A stretch of 64,000 bases of DNA, taken from the NCBI RefSeq assembly GCF_001447785.1, contig NW_015170905.1, positions 866,436-930,435 of the forward strand. The letters run 5' to 3'. Position 1 is the first letter of the stretch. Every line of letters starts with the position of its first letter. Under the pieces are notes generated by a model. The model searched no databases and was not told the origin of the DNA. It saw only the letters and a list, made by a program, of their open reading frames with translations. Both the position numbers and the translations under genes were made by a program. Of the stretch, positions 13,816 through 26,776 are shown one piece after another. This DNA comes from Gekko japonicus (taxonomy: Eukaryota).

Positions 13816-13889
13816 ATTAGTGGAGCATACTCATATATGTGGCCTTAAACAGATTAGTGGAGCATACTCATATATGTGGCCTTAAACAG
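13816..13889 (+). repeat. Perfect 37-bp tandem duplication
   Basis: attagtggagcatactcatatatgtggccttaaacag occurs twice. Confidence 0.95.
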
Positions 13890-14799
13890 ATTTAAGCCTG
13901 CCTTATCCAGTTAGGTAAAAGAGTTCCCATCTATGCCAAAACAGGCATGGGGTTCAGGTAAATGCATATCTTGTACTTCCCTACAGTGGTGTATGAAGAA
14001 TACCATTAATAACTCATTCATGGGAATATTGAGTCACAGTCTTAACTAATGAAAATGGCTTTCAAGTGCTCTTTTGAAAGGTGCTGTAAAAATGCCTAAT
14101 AATAATAATTACTTCTCATAATTTTATGAGTTTCAGCCCTGTACCCAGATGGTTTATTTTTCTCCCACACATCCATGTTTATTCATTTTAGGTCATATTT
14201 TAGTTCTTTCATGATTTAGTTCCATTGCTAAATAGTGATTGTATATTGTGTATACATATATCAAAGATTTATAAGATATATAATTCATGTTCAACATGAA
14301 GTATTTCCTTAATTATAAAATAAGCCTTTTGAAAAACAGCTTATTTGCCATTCAGCTATGTCTGCCATGTGAAAGTAACAGTACTGGGAGGTTGGCTGAA
14401 AAAATACTTTGGCTGGGAATCCTAGATATATGCTGTTGGCCTGCATCATATTTGTTTCTATAATTTTAAATCTTTTGGAATTGACTGCCCCATTTGTAAC
14501 ATACATGCCGTGCAATCCTAAGTACATTTTCTAGAGAGAAAGTCTCCTTCAATGAGTGGAGACAGGTCTCATTCAAATGTTTCAGGAGCCAACATGGAGT
14601 TTGCCTATACATAATCAATTTGTAGCCGTTCTATGCAGCAGGGTGAATGTGTTGGAACCTTACATCATATGGTTTAGCTTTTGTGGTAGCAGAGACAGTT
14701 TTAGGCACCAGTCACCAGTGTGTGGCTCTGGCAATGAGCAGGGATGACTTATATGATGAACTATGGTGTCATGTATTATGGCTGCAATAAGAAGCAACT

Positions 14800-15152
14800 A
14801 GGAGCTGTGGTGGCTCAAGTGGTTAAGATGCTGAACTGCAGGCTGTGGAAGGTCGGTAGTTTAGCAGTTCGAGACCCGAGTGTGCCGCATGACGGAGTGA
14901 GCTCCCGTCTCTAGTTCCAGCTCCTGCCAACCTAGCAGTTCGAAAGCAAGAAATTGCAAGTAGATAAATAGGTACCACTTCAGTGGGAAGGTAACAGCGT
15001 TCCGTGCGCCTTGATGTTTAGTCATGCCGGCCACATGACCACGGAAACATCTTCGGACAGCGCTGGCTCTTCGGCTTTGAAACGGAGATGAGCACCGCAA
15101 CCCTAGAGTCAGGTTCAACTGGCTTTCGAGCAAGGGAACCTTTACCTTTACC
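14800..15152 (+). mobile_element. Full-length Sauria SINE (Squam1)
   Basis: tRNA-like head GGAGCTGTGGTGGCTCAAGTGGTTAAG, diagnostic 'GCAAGTAGATAAATAGGTACC' and (ACCTTT)n tail. 12-bp TSD taagaagcaact at 14788-14799 and 15153-15164. Confidence 0.92.
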
Positions 15153-15459
15153 TAAGAAGCAACTGTCATGCATTAAGCAGCCCCAATGTTGCTGAAACAG
15201 GGCCTGAATTTCATTGGAATCAATGTGATTATTGCCAAATTATCATTGTGACCTAACAAAATTTTCTAACACCACAAAAACTTCAAGAACTGGAACACCA
15301 TCAAATAACCATAGACCGAAGCAATTATCTGTATGTAAATCCAGCTGTTTTTATTATAACCCTTCCTAGTAGCTTAGGACAGCATGGTAGCAGGGAAGAT
15401 TTGATTGGACCAATCGGTTTTGGGTAGGAGCACATGAATATTATTTGGTGGGTATTCAT

Positions 15460-16715
15460 GAACATAAGAGAAGCCAATGTTGGATCAGGCCAATGGCCCA
15501 TCTAGTCCAATACTCTGTCACACAGTAGTCAAAAATACCAGGTGCCATCAGGAGGTCCAGCAGTGGGGCCAGGACACTAGAAGCCCTCCCACTGTTGCCC
15601 CCCCAAGCACCAAGAAGACAGAGCATCACTTGCCCCAGACTGAGAGTTCCTATCTATACCTTGTGGCTAATAGCCACTGATGGACTTCTGCTCCATATGC
15701 TTATCTAATTCCCTTTTGAAGCCATCCATGCTTGTAGCCGCCACCACTTCCTGTTCCAGTGAATTCCATGTGCTAATCACTCTTTGGGTGAAGAAGTACT
15801 TCCTTTTATCTGTTCTAACCCGACCGCTCAGCAATTTCATAGAGTGCCCACGAGTTCTTGTATTGTGAGAAAGGGAGAAAAGTACCTTTCTCTACCTGCT
15901 CTTTCCCATGCATAATCTTATAAACCTCAGTCATGTCACCCCTCAGTCGTTGTTTCTCCAAACTAAAGAGCCCTAAGTGCTTTAACCTTTCCTCATAGGG
16001 AAAGTGTTCCAACCCTTTTATCATTCGAGTTGCCCTTTTCTGCACTTTTTCCAAAGCTATAATATCTTTTTTATGGTGTGGTGACTAGAACTGCACACAG
16101 TATTCCAAATGAGGTCGCACCATTGATTTATATAGGGGCATTATAATATTGGCTGAACTGTTTTCAATACCCTTCCTAATAATCCCCAGCATAGCATTGG
16201 CCTTCTTTATTGCAGTCACACACTGTCTCGACATTTTCAGTGAGTTATCTACTACAACTCCAAGATCTCTCTCTTGATCAGTCTCTGCCAGTTCAGACCC
16301 CATCAACGTGTATTTATATTTAGGATTTTTTGGCTCCAATGTGTATCACCTTGCACTTGGCCACATTGAACCCCATTTGCCATGTTGACACCCACTCGCC
16401 CATCCTTGACAGATCCCTTTGGAGTGCCTCACAATCCTCCCTGGTTTTCACCACCCTGAACAACTTCATATCATCCACAAATTTAGCCACTTCACCGCTT
16501 ACTCCCAACTCCAAATCATTAATGAACAAGTTAAAAAGCAGTGGACCAAGTACTGATCCCTGCGGTACCCCACCGCTTACCATCCTCCACTGAGAAAATT
16601 GCCCATTTATGCTCACTCTCTGTGTTCTATTAATTAGCCAATTTTTGCTCCATAAAAGGACTTGTCCTTTTATCCCATGAGTTTTGAGCTTACTTAGGAG
16701 CCTTTGATGAGGAAC
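15460..16715 (-). mobile_element. 5'-truncated CR1 LINE (RT C-terminal half plus 3' UTR)
   Basis: Minus-strand peptides GVPQGSVLGPLLFNLFINDL, KFVDDMKLF, RPHLEYCVQF and [14 protein letters not shown]. 3' end reads ...ttctcttatgttc. Confidence 0.95.
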
Positions 16716-16719
16716 ACCC

Positions 16720-19700
16720 TTCCAAGCTAAAAGCTAGCCATCAGGTGTCCCCCCCTCCAAGCTTTATTCCCTGATACCAAAGGCTACCAAGAGACTCAAG
16801 GTGTCAATGGTGGATGAACCCAGGACTAGCTTGACCTCCAACTCAGTCCTACCAGTACCTATGGATGCAGATAGGTTGCCCAAGATCATGGCAATAGGGA
16901 ATTTGAGCAAGCCTTATGCAAAGACTTCAAAGTCTCAGCTTGCTTCATCAGAATGTCAGCAGCAAGCTCAATGTTTGCTAGGGCCGCACATTCTTGAGCA
17001 CCAGGACTAGTGAGGTCCCCAAGGATCTGATAGTGGAGTCCCCAAGGAACTTAAAGACAAACTTAAGAAGATTGCCCTAGCGACAGTGATTTTGGCAGAT
17101 ACTTCACTGAACATCCTGCAGCAGTCAGCTAGAACTATGACATGCAGTGTACCAGCCAGAAGGAACATGTGGCTCAGAATTGGGATGGGGACTCTGCAGC
17201 ACAGGCTGAAGTGATGGCAGTTCCCGTCAAAGACAAACCTTTTTGGAGATGGACTAGACGGATATCTTACTGAGGATAAAGACAAATTCTACTTTTTTTA
17301 AAAAAGTTTTCAGTCCTGTTGTGACTCCAAAAGGATATTGTGCCTAGAGTCAAAGAAGAATAGGGATGCCAGGACCTGAAAATCTCTGAAATGGCTAAAG
17401 AACTGCATCAGCACCAGAAAATTCAGAATGAAAACTCTGAACTCCATTCTGGCAGCTGTTCAAGCAAAGGATTTCCTGGCATCCATTGATCTATAGGAGG
17501 ACTATTTACACGTCCCAATTCAAGGGGCTCACCTCAAGTTCCTACGCTTCATGTATGATGGGAAACACTTTCAGTTCCAGTGCTGCCTTTTGGCCTGAAG
17601 TTATTCCCAAGGGAGTTCACCAAGATCATGGTGGCCATTGTAGTACATTTGCGATTCAGGGAGTGTTGCTGTCACCATCTCTAAATGACATGTTGGTCAA
17701 GGCACCTTGTTACCAGCAGAGCGGGGACGCATCAGAGATGGCAGTGAAATTTTTGAGGTACCATGGCTTTGTGGTCAACATGGAGAAGAGCTATCTAAAG
17801 GCCTCTCATTGGTACACCTGGGGGTGCAGATACGCACAATGAAGGACAAGGTTTCTCTATCTCTGGAGAGACAACACAAAATAGACTGAGAAAATGCAAG
17901 ATAAAAGGGGATGGTACAGGCTAAGCTTCTGAGCATAATTAAGTCATGCCATGAAGTGTTTCAGTAGTCAAGGTTCCACCATGCCTGACCTCTACAGATG
18001 TTTTCTCTTACCTTACCAGAATGTGATGGCCAGTTAGAGCTACAAGCTGTTACAGTTGCCAACACAACTTCAGCATCAACTGCAGTGGTGGCTGGAACCC
18101 TCTTGTTTCCAAAAGGGATACCCTATCTGAAAACTACAGAGGGTGATGACCACAGATGCAAGTCGGCCGGGGTGGGAAAAGCACTCTCAAGGGACAATGA
18201 CACAAGGGGTCTGGTCTCAGGAAGAGACCTCACTGAGTATAAATTTTTTAGAACTCAGAGCCACCAGGCTGGGGCTCTTGGAATTCTACAAAATATTAAC
18301 AGGTCATCACATTTAAGTCCAGACAGACAATATGACAGCAGTCATTGTAGGTGGTCTATGTGGCAGGCCAGGACAGTGCATGGATGGACTGGCTGAGTAG
18401 ATGGAGATTAGACCAGTCTGAATGGATGCTCTGCAAGTTGGTTTTTCAACAGGTCTGCAAAAGGTACAGAATGATGGAGATGGGCCTCTTTACCACGGAC
18501 CAGAATCATCAAGTTATGTGATTCACATCCAGAGTTAAAAATCAACAGGCAGTAGGAACAGATGTTCTCAACTGCAACTGGCCACAGGGATTGCTGTACA
18601 TGTTCTAACTGACTTCATTGATTCACAAGGTGATTCAGAAGCTGTTGGAAAAGAAGATGGAACTAGTGCTGATAGCACCCTTTTGATTACAAAGAGCTTG
18701 GTTCCAGGATCTGAAGAGATTGTCAACCATGGAACCATGGTGCTAACCACTGGGAAATGACTTATTGACACTTGGATTGGCACAACATCCTGGCCCGGCC
18801 ATCCTAAACCTAACAGCCTAGAGGTCGAGCAGAAACAGCTAAAAGGATTGGATTACCCTGACAGGGTGACAGACACCATGTTAGTTTTCTAGGAAGGGTT
18901 CTACAAATAGGGTGTTTAACACAACCTGGTGGGTTCTTCATTCTTGGTGTTCAGAACATGATTGGGAACTGTTAAAAGTGTCAGAGGTATCTTAATTTTA
19001 TCCAAGACAGTTGGATAGAGGGCTAAGTGTGAGTACATTAAAGTGACAGGTGGCAGCCATATCGGCAGTGATGGGGGCTAGGAAGTCCCTAAAATTGACA
19101 TCTACACCTTAAGAGATTCCTAAGGGATACTACATGGCTAAAATTGTCACAAGTGCAGAGGTTTCTGACTTGGAGCCCACATAGGGTCCTGAGAGCATTG
19201 TGTAGATAATTTTTTGAACCCATGGAGTCATGTCGTCTCAAGGAATTAACATTCAAGACCTTGTGTTTAGTAGGTATCACATCAACTAGGCAGCTGTTGG
19301 CACTGAGGGAACTTGACAGGGAACTTTGTGTTTTTCCACAATGATAGGGTGATGTTACGCCCGGTTCCAGCCTTTGTTCCTGAGGTTACTCCAGTTCTTT
19401 CACCGGTCAGAGATCATTGTCTTACCTTCCTTTTGTCCCAATCATAGACATGACATGACAAGGAAAGGGAATTGCATTGCCTAGATGTTCATAGGGCATT
19501 CAGTTTTTACATTGACAAGCCAAACATTGGCATGATTCAGATACCCTATTTGTTTCCTTTAGAATAGCTTCCTTAGGTCAACTGGTATTGCCTCTTACCT
19601 TAAGTAGGTGGTTTTAGGGGTTGCATCATTGTTGCATAAAAGACTCAGGGATTGAATGCAAAGGTGTTGCAGCATATTCTCTGTGGGGGGCTGCTAGGTC

Positions 19701-20426
19701 AGCAGCTTACAGATTGTTCCCATCCTTGGAGACAGTAGATATGGTGGCCATCTGGAAGTCTGTGCACTCGTTTACTAGATGCTATAGAGTAGAGAAGCTG
19801 ACTTTTACTATGGTGGCTTTCCACTGCAGAGTTTGCAGCACACCCTATAAACCAGGAAACTGGATTTCCCACCCTGGGGCACACTACTGAAGAGTAAGGA
19901 CTGCCCCACTCCCAGGACCACCGTAGAATGGAAGATTTGTATTCACTTACCTTGAAGCTTCTTTTCTCAGTGGTCTGGGAGTGGGGCAGTTCTACCCACC
20001 CAGTTTTGGGGGGCAGCTTCCGGAGGTTTTGGGGGGGGGATGTAGAAAGTGGATGGATGTTCACAAAGTTTCTCTGAGATATTAAAACAAAAAAAATGTG
20101 AATTAATTGGGTAAGAGAGTTAGGACAGAGGGCTTGAACCTTGGCATACAACTGCTGGAGGAAAATGAAGTTACAAGGCTGGTTGCCCTGAAAATCAAGT
20201 TTCACTATGGTGGGGAGAACTGGTTTTTATTTTCCTTAGTGTGATGTTGGGGGATGCACAGCTTGGAGATGACTGGGATGTTCCCAGTGGACAGGCCCCT
20301 CCCCTTTCTGGATTGATCTGAGGAAACCGACCCTGTTCTGGAGGAGGAGCCTATTCCCAAGAGTAAGAACTGTCCCAGACCACTGAGAAAGGAAGCTTCA
20401 CGGTAAGTGAATACAAATCTTCCTTT
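16720..20426 (+). mobile_element. Decayed DIRS1-like tyrosine-recombinase retrotransposon (5' end missing)
   Basis: Ordered remnants: gag-like (~17100), RT (LASIDL*EDYLHVPI, LPFGL), RNase H (VMTTDAS..GW, INFLELRA, QTDNMTA), methyltransferase-like (LFTTDQN...GTDVL..W...LLYMF...VLIAP, ~18480-18690) and YR (~18850-19850). Internal complementary region 19890-19992 pairs with the terminus at 20357-20426. Confidence 0.88.
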
Positions 20427-22935
20427 ATCTTGTTTGGAAACAGAGAGTAAAGAGTTGTTTACTTGAGATGGGACTCTGGTACATTATTATAGAATCCAGG
20501 CCAGAAGAAAAAAACTCAGCAAAACAAAAATCCTGGGACAAGGACAAATGAGAAAGCAAGAGGTACACTAAGAAGGGGTTTATCTGATAGAGACATTCTG
20601 AGATTTATTGAGATGCAGACAGCAAAGGCAGTCAGGAGTGAACTTGAAAGACTGAATGTTAATTCTTCTCTAAAGAGCCAATTATATATTCAAAAGAAAC
20701 TGTTTAGCACAAGAATGCCTGAGGAGGGCAACCTGAGAGAGCACCCAGATCAAATGCTTGCTTTGAGACAAGAGCCAAGGAATGCTGGCAAAGAAGTTCC
20801 AGATCAAGAATTGATTATTTTGATTTTGGTTAGCCTACCCAAGAGTTATGAAAATGCCAGATACAATCAAAAAGAAGCCTCTCTATTCCCCCCCTAAGTT
20901 TTATTTATAATTTTTCACATAATCAGAAACAGATGTATCTCATACAGTAACTTATTTACAATCTTTTGAGTCTACAACATTATTTATTCTCTAACCATAT
21001 ATAATTCTATTCCAACTTTCCCAATATATTTTTTCATCTTTTCCATGTAGTATTAGCATTATTTTATCCATTTCAGTTATCTCCAATAATCTATATGTTA
21101 TTTCTTGCATTGATGGGATTTTTCTGATTTCCAGTATTTTACAAATACAATGTGAGCAGATGTTAATATATACATTATTACATATTGATCATTTTTTGTA
21201 ATATTATCAGGTAGCATATTTAACAAAACAGTTTCTGGTATGTATGGTATATCTATATCCAATATTTCTAATATCATTTTATGTACTTTACACCAATATA
21301 TTTGAGTTATATTGTACCTCCACCACATGTGGTAAAAGGTTCCTACATTGTGCTTACATTTCCAACAATTTTTGATGTATTTACATAACATTTTGCTATT
21401 TTATCCGGTGACCAGTGCCACCTATAAAACATTTTATACAGATTTTCCTTATACGGTATTGCTCTCATGAATTTTATAGATTTCCATATTTTGTACCATG
21501 CTTCTAGGTCTATGTTGTGACCTAGGTCTTTCATCCAAGCAATCATTGAAGTCTTCACTACTTCATCTTGCAAGTAATCTTGGAGGAGAAAATTATATAT
21601 TTTCTGGATCATTTTGTGACTTGGGGACAACCACATTTTATCTAGGTCGGTCTTTGTTTCTTGAAATCCTATTTTTTAAAATCTTTATTATATTTCGTAT
21701 TTAGCTGCATATTTTCCCACCAGTTTAATTTTATATTTTGCAGTTGTAGGTCTTCTTGTATTTTCAGCATGTTATTCTAATCAAGTAACGTCTTGTAGAT
21801 TTCTGTTTTGTCTTTTGTAAGTAGTGTTGGTTTTATGAAAGCCTCTATTGGTGACACCCATTTAGGAATTTTTTCATAGAAATTGTCTTTTATTTCTTTC
21901 CAGAGCTTTATTAAAGCACCTCTTATGGTATGTTGCTGGAAGTTGGTATGGATTTTTTTTTCTTTTCCATACCAAATATATGTGTGCCATCGCATAACCA
22001 AGTAATGTCCTTCTAGGTTTAGCAGTCTTTGTAATATAAGTTCCAATTTTGGTATTCCAAATCCTCATCTTTCTTTTTTGTCTTGTAGTATTTTCCATTT
22101 TAGTTGTGCTGTTATATTTTGCTATACAAATTGTTTGCATATTTTGTCTAAGTCTTTGAAGATGTTTGTATTTCTTACAGTTGGTATATTTTGTGCTAGG
22201 AAGAGGAATCCGGGGAGAATATTCATTTTTAACATTGCTATTTTCCCCATAAATGATAGATTTAATTCTTTCAATTTTTGCAAATCTTTTTTGATGTCAT
22301 TCAGTAACTTTGCATAATTGTTTTCTATCAATGTATTATTTCTATTAGATATTATTATACCTAATATTTCACTTTTTTAACTATTTCCATCATAGAGTTT
22401 CTTTGTATTTGATCCTTTTGTTCCTGTGGACAATTTTTTGTTAGTATATTTGTTTTTTATAATTAATTTTTAACCCTGCCACTTGTCCATATTCTTGAAT
22501 TGACTCTGTAAGACAAGGTTTAGAGGTAATTGGGTCTTCTAATATAAAGACGAAATCATCCACAAAGGCTTGTAATTTAAATTCTTCTTCTTTTACCTTT
22601 AGTCCTTTTATCTTTGTATTGCCTCTGACTAAATCATTTAATTTTTCTAGTGTAAATATAAATAGCTATGGAGATAATGGACATCCTTGTCTTGAACCTT
22701 TCTGTATTTTAATGTTTTGGGTCATATCTCTGTTAACTATTACTTTTGCCCACTGTTCAGTATATATTGCTTTAATATTTCCATAGAATTGTGGGCCACA
22801 GTCCCAGGCTGCTAATTTTTGTAGTAAGAATTCCCAATTTACATTGTCAAAGGCTTTTTCAGCATCAAGAAACATTAGTGCCATATGTTTTTCTGGGTGT
22901 AACTCATAATATTCTAATACATTAAGAATTATCCG

Positions 22936-25403
22936 GAACTGCGCTGGCACGGCGCGGCGATGGGCAGGGTACAGCTCGCTCCGTCCTGCCCAAACCTTCT
23001 ACGGACTCTACCAAGTCTCCCGAGCACCGGGAGAACTTGGCCAGCCCTCTCGGAGTGAGGACTGGAGTAGGGGGCGTCTTTTTTGGCCCCTCCCGCACTT
23101 AGCAAAGCGGGGGTGTGTGTCCAGAAACAGCCCTGATACAGGATCGTCTGAAGGGGAAGAACATGGCTGCCGCCATGTTCGGACTAGCTGCTGCCATCCA
23201 GACTTTTTAATTAAAAGAAGAGGCAACAGGCTACCAACACTGCAACACGGGAGAGGAAAATGTGAGTAACTATATTTGGAGTCTTAAGGAAAATCCCCAA
23301 AACAGAAATGTTCAAGCGGGGGAGTGAAGAGGCTGGGAGAAATAAAGGATGGAAGGCTGTGTTATTGCTCGAGGCGGGGAAGAAAAGATATAGCTGTTGG
23401 CTTTTTCGTATCTATTGAACTGGTGCTGCTGGCAAAGGGATATAAAGAAGAAAGTGACTGAAGGAAAGGGTTACGGAGAGAAAGGTGTGTTCGTGAGAAA
23501 TAGGTTCAGGAGAGCATTGGAGAAAATGGCGGAGGAGTCGGAAATTGAACAGGAGTACGATGAAAATACTGAAGTGGGTGAACTAACTGTGGGGCAGTTC
23601 CTAAGAATTTTGAGAGGTGTGGTCCAGAAAGAATGCAAAAAGGCATGTTTGAAATTAACGGAAAAATTGGACAACATCCAGAGAGGAGCTGAAAAGACAG
23701 TGGCAGGGGAACAACCCATTGTGAGGGAACTAGATGAGTGTCAAAGGGAGAGCTGTGCTGACCTTAAGGAAGGAAAACCGGGGTCTGTACAAGAGAAGGA
23801 ATATCAGCCAAGTGAAAGAGGGAAAGAGTTGGGAAGAGACTTAAAAAACAACTGAGAAGTGTTAAAACAGGACTATTTAAACATAACAAGCGATGGATGA
23901 AATATGAGAGAGAAAGAGCTGGAAGGATTAAAAGATGGAAAAGACGGGCCTGGAAATTTAAAGAGGACAGTAAAAGAATGAAAGTAGAATGGCTGAAAAA
24001 GAGCAAGGAGAAGCTGGGGAAGCAAAGAAGGCACAAAGAACGAAGACATGCCGATATGCTGGAGAAGAAAAATAGATTGTTAATGTTTAAGAGAAAAAAT
24101 AAGAAATGTAGAAAGAAAGGTGGTTTATACCCTATACATGACTGGATGGAATAATTGACCGTGAATGTATTTATTTTTGCATACTGTCATTTATGTTTCT
24201 TTTTGTTTTCCCCTTTCCCTTTTAGTTTTATTTGTACATGTGAGTGTTATAGGAGAATAGGAGGGAATAATTAAGCCAGGAATTGATTTAATGGGAAATG
24301 GGATATTAATTGGATTTTTCTGAAGATCATTAATAAATTAATAAATAATATAAAATATGGGAATTAAAAATAAGCTGGTAAATTGTGTAGGAAATTAGAT
24401 GGTTGAAGTTTGGGTGGAAAATAATCAATATAGAAAGAAAGAATAAGTGCTTTACAGGTGATTAGATGGATTAATGAACATGAATGTATTTAATTTTGTA
24501 TAATGGGACTTGTTTTCTGTTTCTATGGCTCCTTAATCATATGCGTTGATTGTATTGGGGAAAAAAGGGAGGGGATATCTATCCTAGATAAGGAGTTAAT
24601 GAAATATTGGGTAATAATAGGATCTTTATGAGGAGTGCTAATGAATTAATGAATTAATAATAAAAAATGATTCCCTGGGGGCAATGAATTAGTAAATTAA
24701 GGATGTAAATTGTAAAGTATCTGATAATTGTTAAATGGATGAAGTTTATTTAAATATGTATTTATTTATAGATGTATAGTGGTATAAGAAAGTTTAGTAG
24801 TGAGACGTTTAGGTTCTATCATGATAAGAGAGTTTATTGCATAGATGGTTGATGGGAGACAATAAATAAAGGAAGGAGAAGACCTGGTTGAAAGGAGTTG
24901 AAGGTGGGTGGTGCAGTTACAAATTAAATGTAAGTCTAAGAACAGGAGAGTAAGTACACCTCAGGGGTAAGGTGTAAGTAATATATGGGAGACGAAGAGT
25001 TACTAAAAAGCCAAAAACATAAAAAGAAAATAATGGAAAATAAACAAATATGAGACTAAACCCTGTTTTCATACTGGAAATAAGAGTTAATAGACTACTA
25101 AAGGATGGAAGAAGCTGGTAACATATAAGAAGAAGAAGTCAAACAGGAGGTTGTATATGCTCCATAGTATTAATAAGACTTTGTCGGTTACCTGGACAGT
25201 ATCTTAATCTCAAAGATAGGTAAAAGAACAAGAACAAGTTGTATATTAAATGTTATTTTGGATGTTTGATTGACGATTCAGTGTTGCAGGAAATGAAAAA
25301 TGAATTTGTATGGCTTTTGGTTGGTAGTCTTGTGGAATGAATATATGTATATGATACAGGCTTATATGATAAAATCCCAATAAATATATTTGCAAAAAAA
25401 AAA
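22936..25403 (+). mobile_element. Non-autonomous L1-mobilised retroelement Y (HAL1-like, no RT)
   Basis: CpG-rich 5' end, ORF 23526-23855 plus basic ORF 23897-24154, long AT-rich 3' region, AATAAA and poly(A). 12-bp TSD aagaattatccg at 22924-22935 and 25404-25415. Confidence 0.75.
23526..24154 (+). pseudogene. Probably frameshifted ORF of element Y: acidic N-terminus, predicted coiled coil, very basic C-terminus
   Basis: MAEESEIEQEYDENTEVGELTVGQFLRILRGVVQKECKKACLKLTEKLDNIQ..., continuing in a K/R-rich ORF that ends GGLYPIHDWME. Confidence 0.45.
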
Positions 25404-25419
25404 AAGAATTATCCGCATA

Positions 25420-25857
25420 AGACGATAACAGTTCGAATTGGACACGGAATCTTCCGGAGAGGACTCTCTGGCGGCGCAAGGAGCTGCAGCTCCCAAAAGC
25501 CTCTATAAGCTGAGGAAGAGATCAGGAAAAGAGAAATAGAGGCTGAAGGACTATGTATTGTGCCTCGAGGTTGCTGATGCATAAATGTGGTGATGGGGGG
25601 GGTATGGTTTCTGAACAGCTAAATTTTCTAAAGAAAAGTGAAAATGTGTGAAAAACTTGACTCAATTCATATTGTTTTACAAGAGTTATGACTTAATGTA
25701 ACTAAGCTTTATTGAGGATCTCCTCTCTTGAGTTTTTAGGTATAGTTGGTTTCTTTCCTTTCTCCCATATATGTAGTACCCCACCCTTATTATTTTCTGT
25801 AGTGTTGTAGATTTATAAAAATAATAAAAAATTCCCTTCGGGGGCTCAAAAAAAAAA
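25420..25857 (+). mobile_element. Short non-autonomous retroelement X (poly(A), 16-bp TSD)
   Basis: TSD aagaattatccgcata at 25404-25419 and 25858-25873. Ends AATAAAAAATTCCC-TTCG-GGGGCTC-A(n). The 3' ~170 nt are homologous to element Z. Confidence 0.8.
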
Positions 25858-26776
25858 AAGAATTATCCGCATATTATTGTTAATTTGTCTTTTTGGTGAA
25901 AATCCTACCTGGTCTTGGTGAATAATTTGTAATATTTTTTTCACTCTTGTAGCTATTATGGTTGCAAATATTTTATACTCCGTATTTAGTAAGGATATGG
26001 GTCTATAAATTTTGATATTTTTTTCATCTGAGTTCGGTTTATGGATTAAGGTGATCAGCGCATGGTTCTATGTTCTATGAGTCTGGAAGTTTTTTTCATT
26101 TTTGTTATTCTTTGCAACAGTTTTTTAAAGGGTAACGATATTTGCTTCTCAAATGTTTGATATATTTCCGTTGGTAATTCATCTGCTCCTGGTGTTTTAT
26201 TTCTTTTTTGTTTCTTTATCGCTTCTATAATCTCACAGATTGTAATTGGTTCATTTAGCATTGCTTTTTGTTTTTCATTAGACTTTTTAGTATTCCATTT
26301 AAGCAGCGATTCTTTTATTGTCTGTATGTTTTGTGGGCCTTCTTCATATAGCTTTTTGTAAAAGTATTCTATTATACTTTTTAAGACTTGTATATGAAAT
26401 TTTTCTTTCTCATTTCTTAAGACTTTAATTAGCTTATTTTCTCTTTCTTTTCTTAATTTACATGTGAGCCATCTGGATGGTTTGTTTGCATTTTCAAAAT
26501 AAAATTGTTTAGTATATTCCATGTTTTTAGCAATTTCTTGTGATAATAATAGGTTCATTTAGTGTTGTAATAATCTTAGTTTTAATTTTATTTCTTCTGA
26601 TTCATTTTCTCTCTTCATTTTCTCTTCTTCTTTTTAAATTTGTTTCCCCAGATTGTTATATTGTGTTTTCTTTTGTTTTTTCTTCCACACATCCTGATTG
26701 ATGAACCATCCTCTTATTTAAGCTTTAAGTGTTTCCCATATTATTTCAATTGAAATGTCTGGTTGGATATTTATTT

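Noticed and set aside
13816-13889. CRISPR-like 37-bp repeat
   Set aside because: Only two adjacent copies with no spacer, in vertebrate DNA. A simple tandem duplication.
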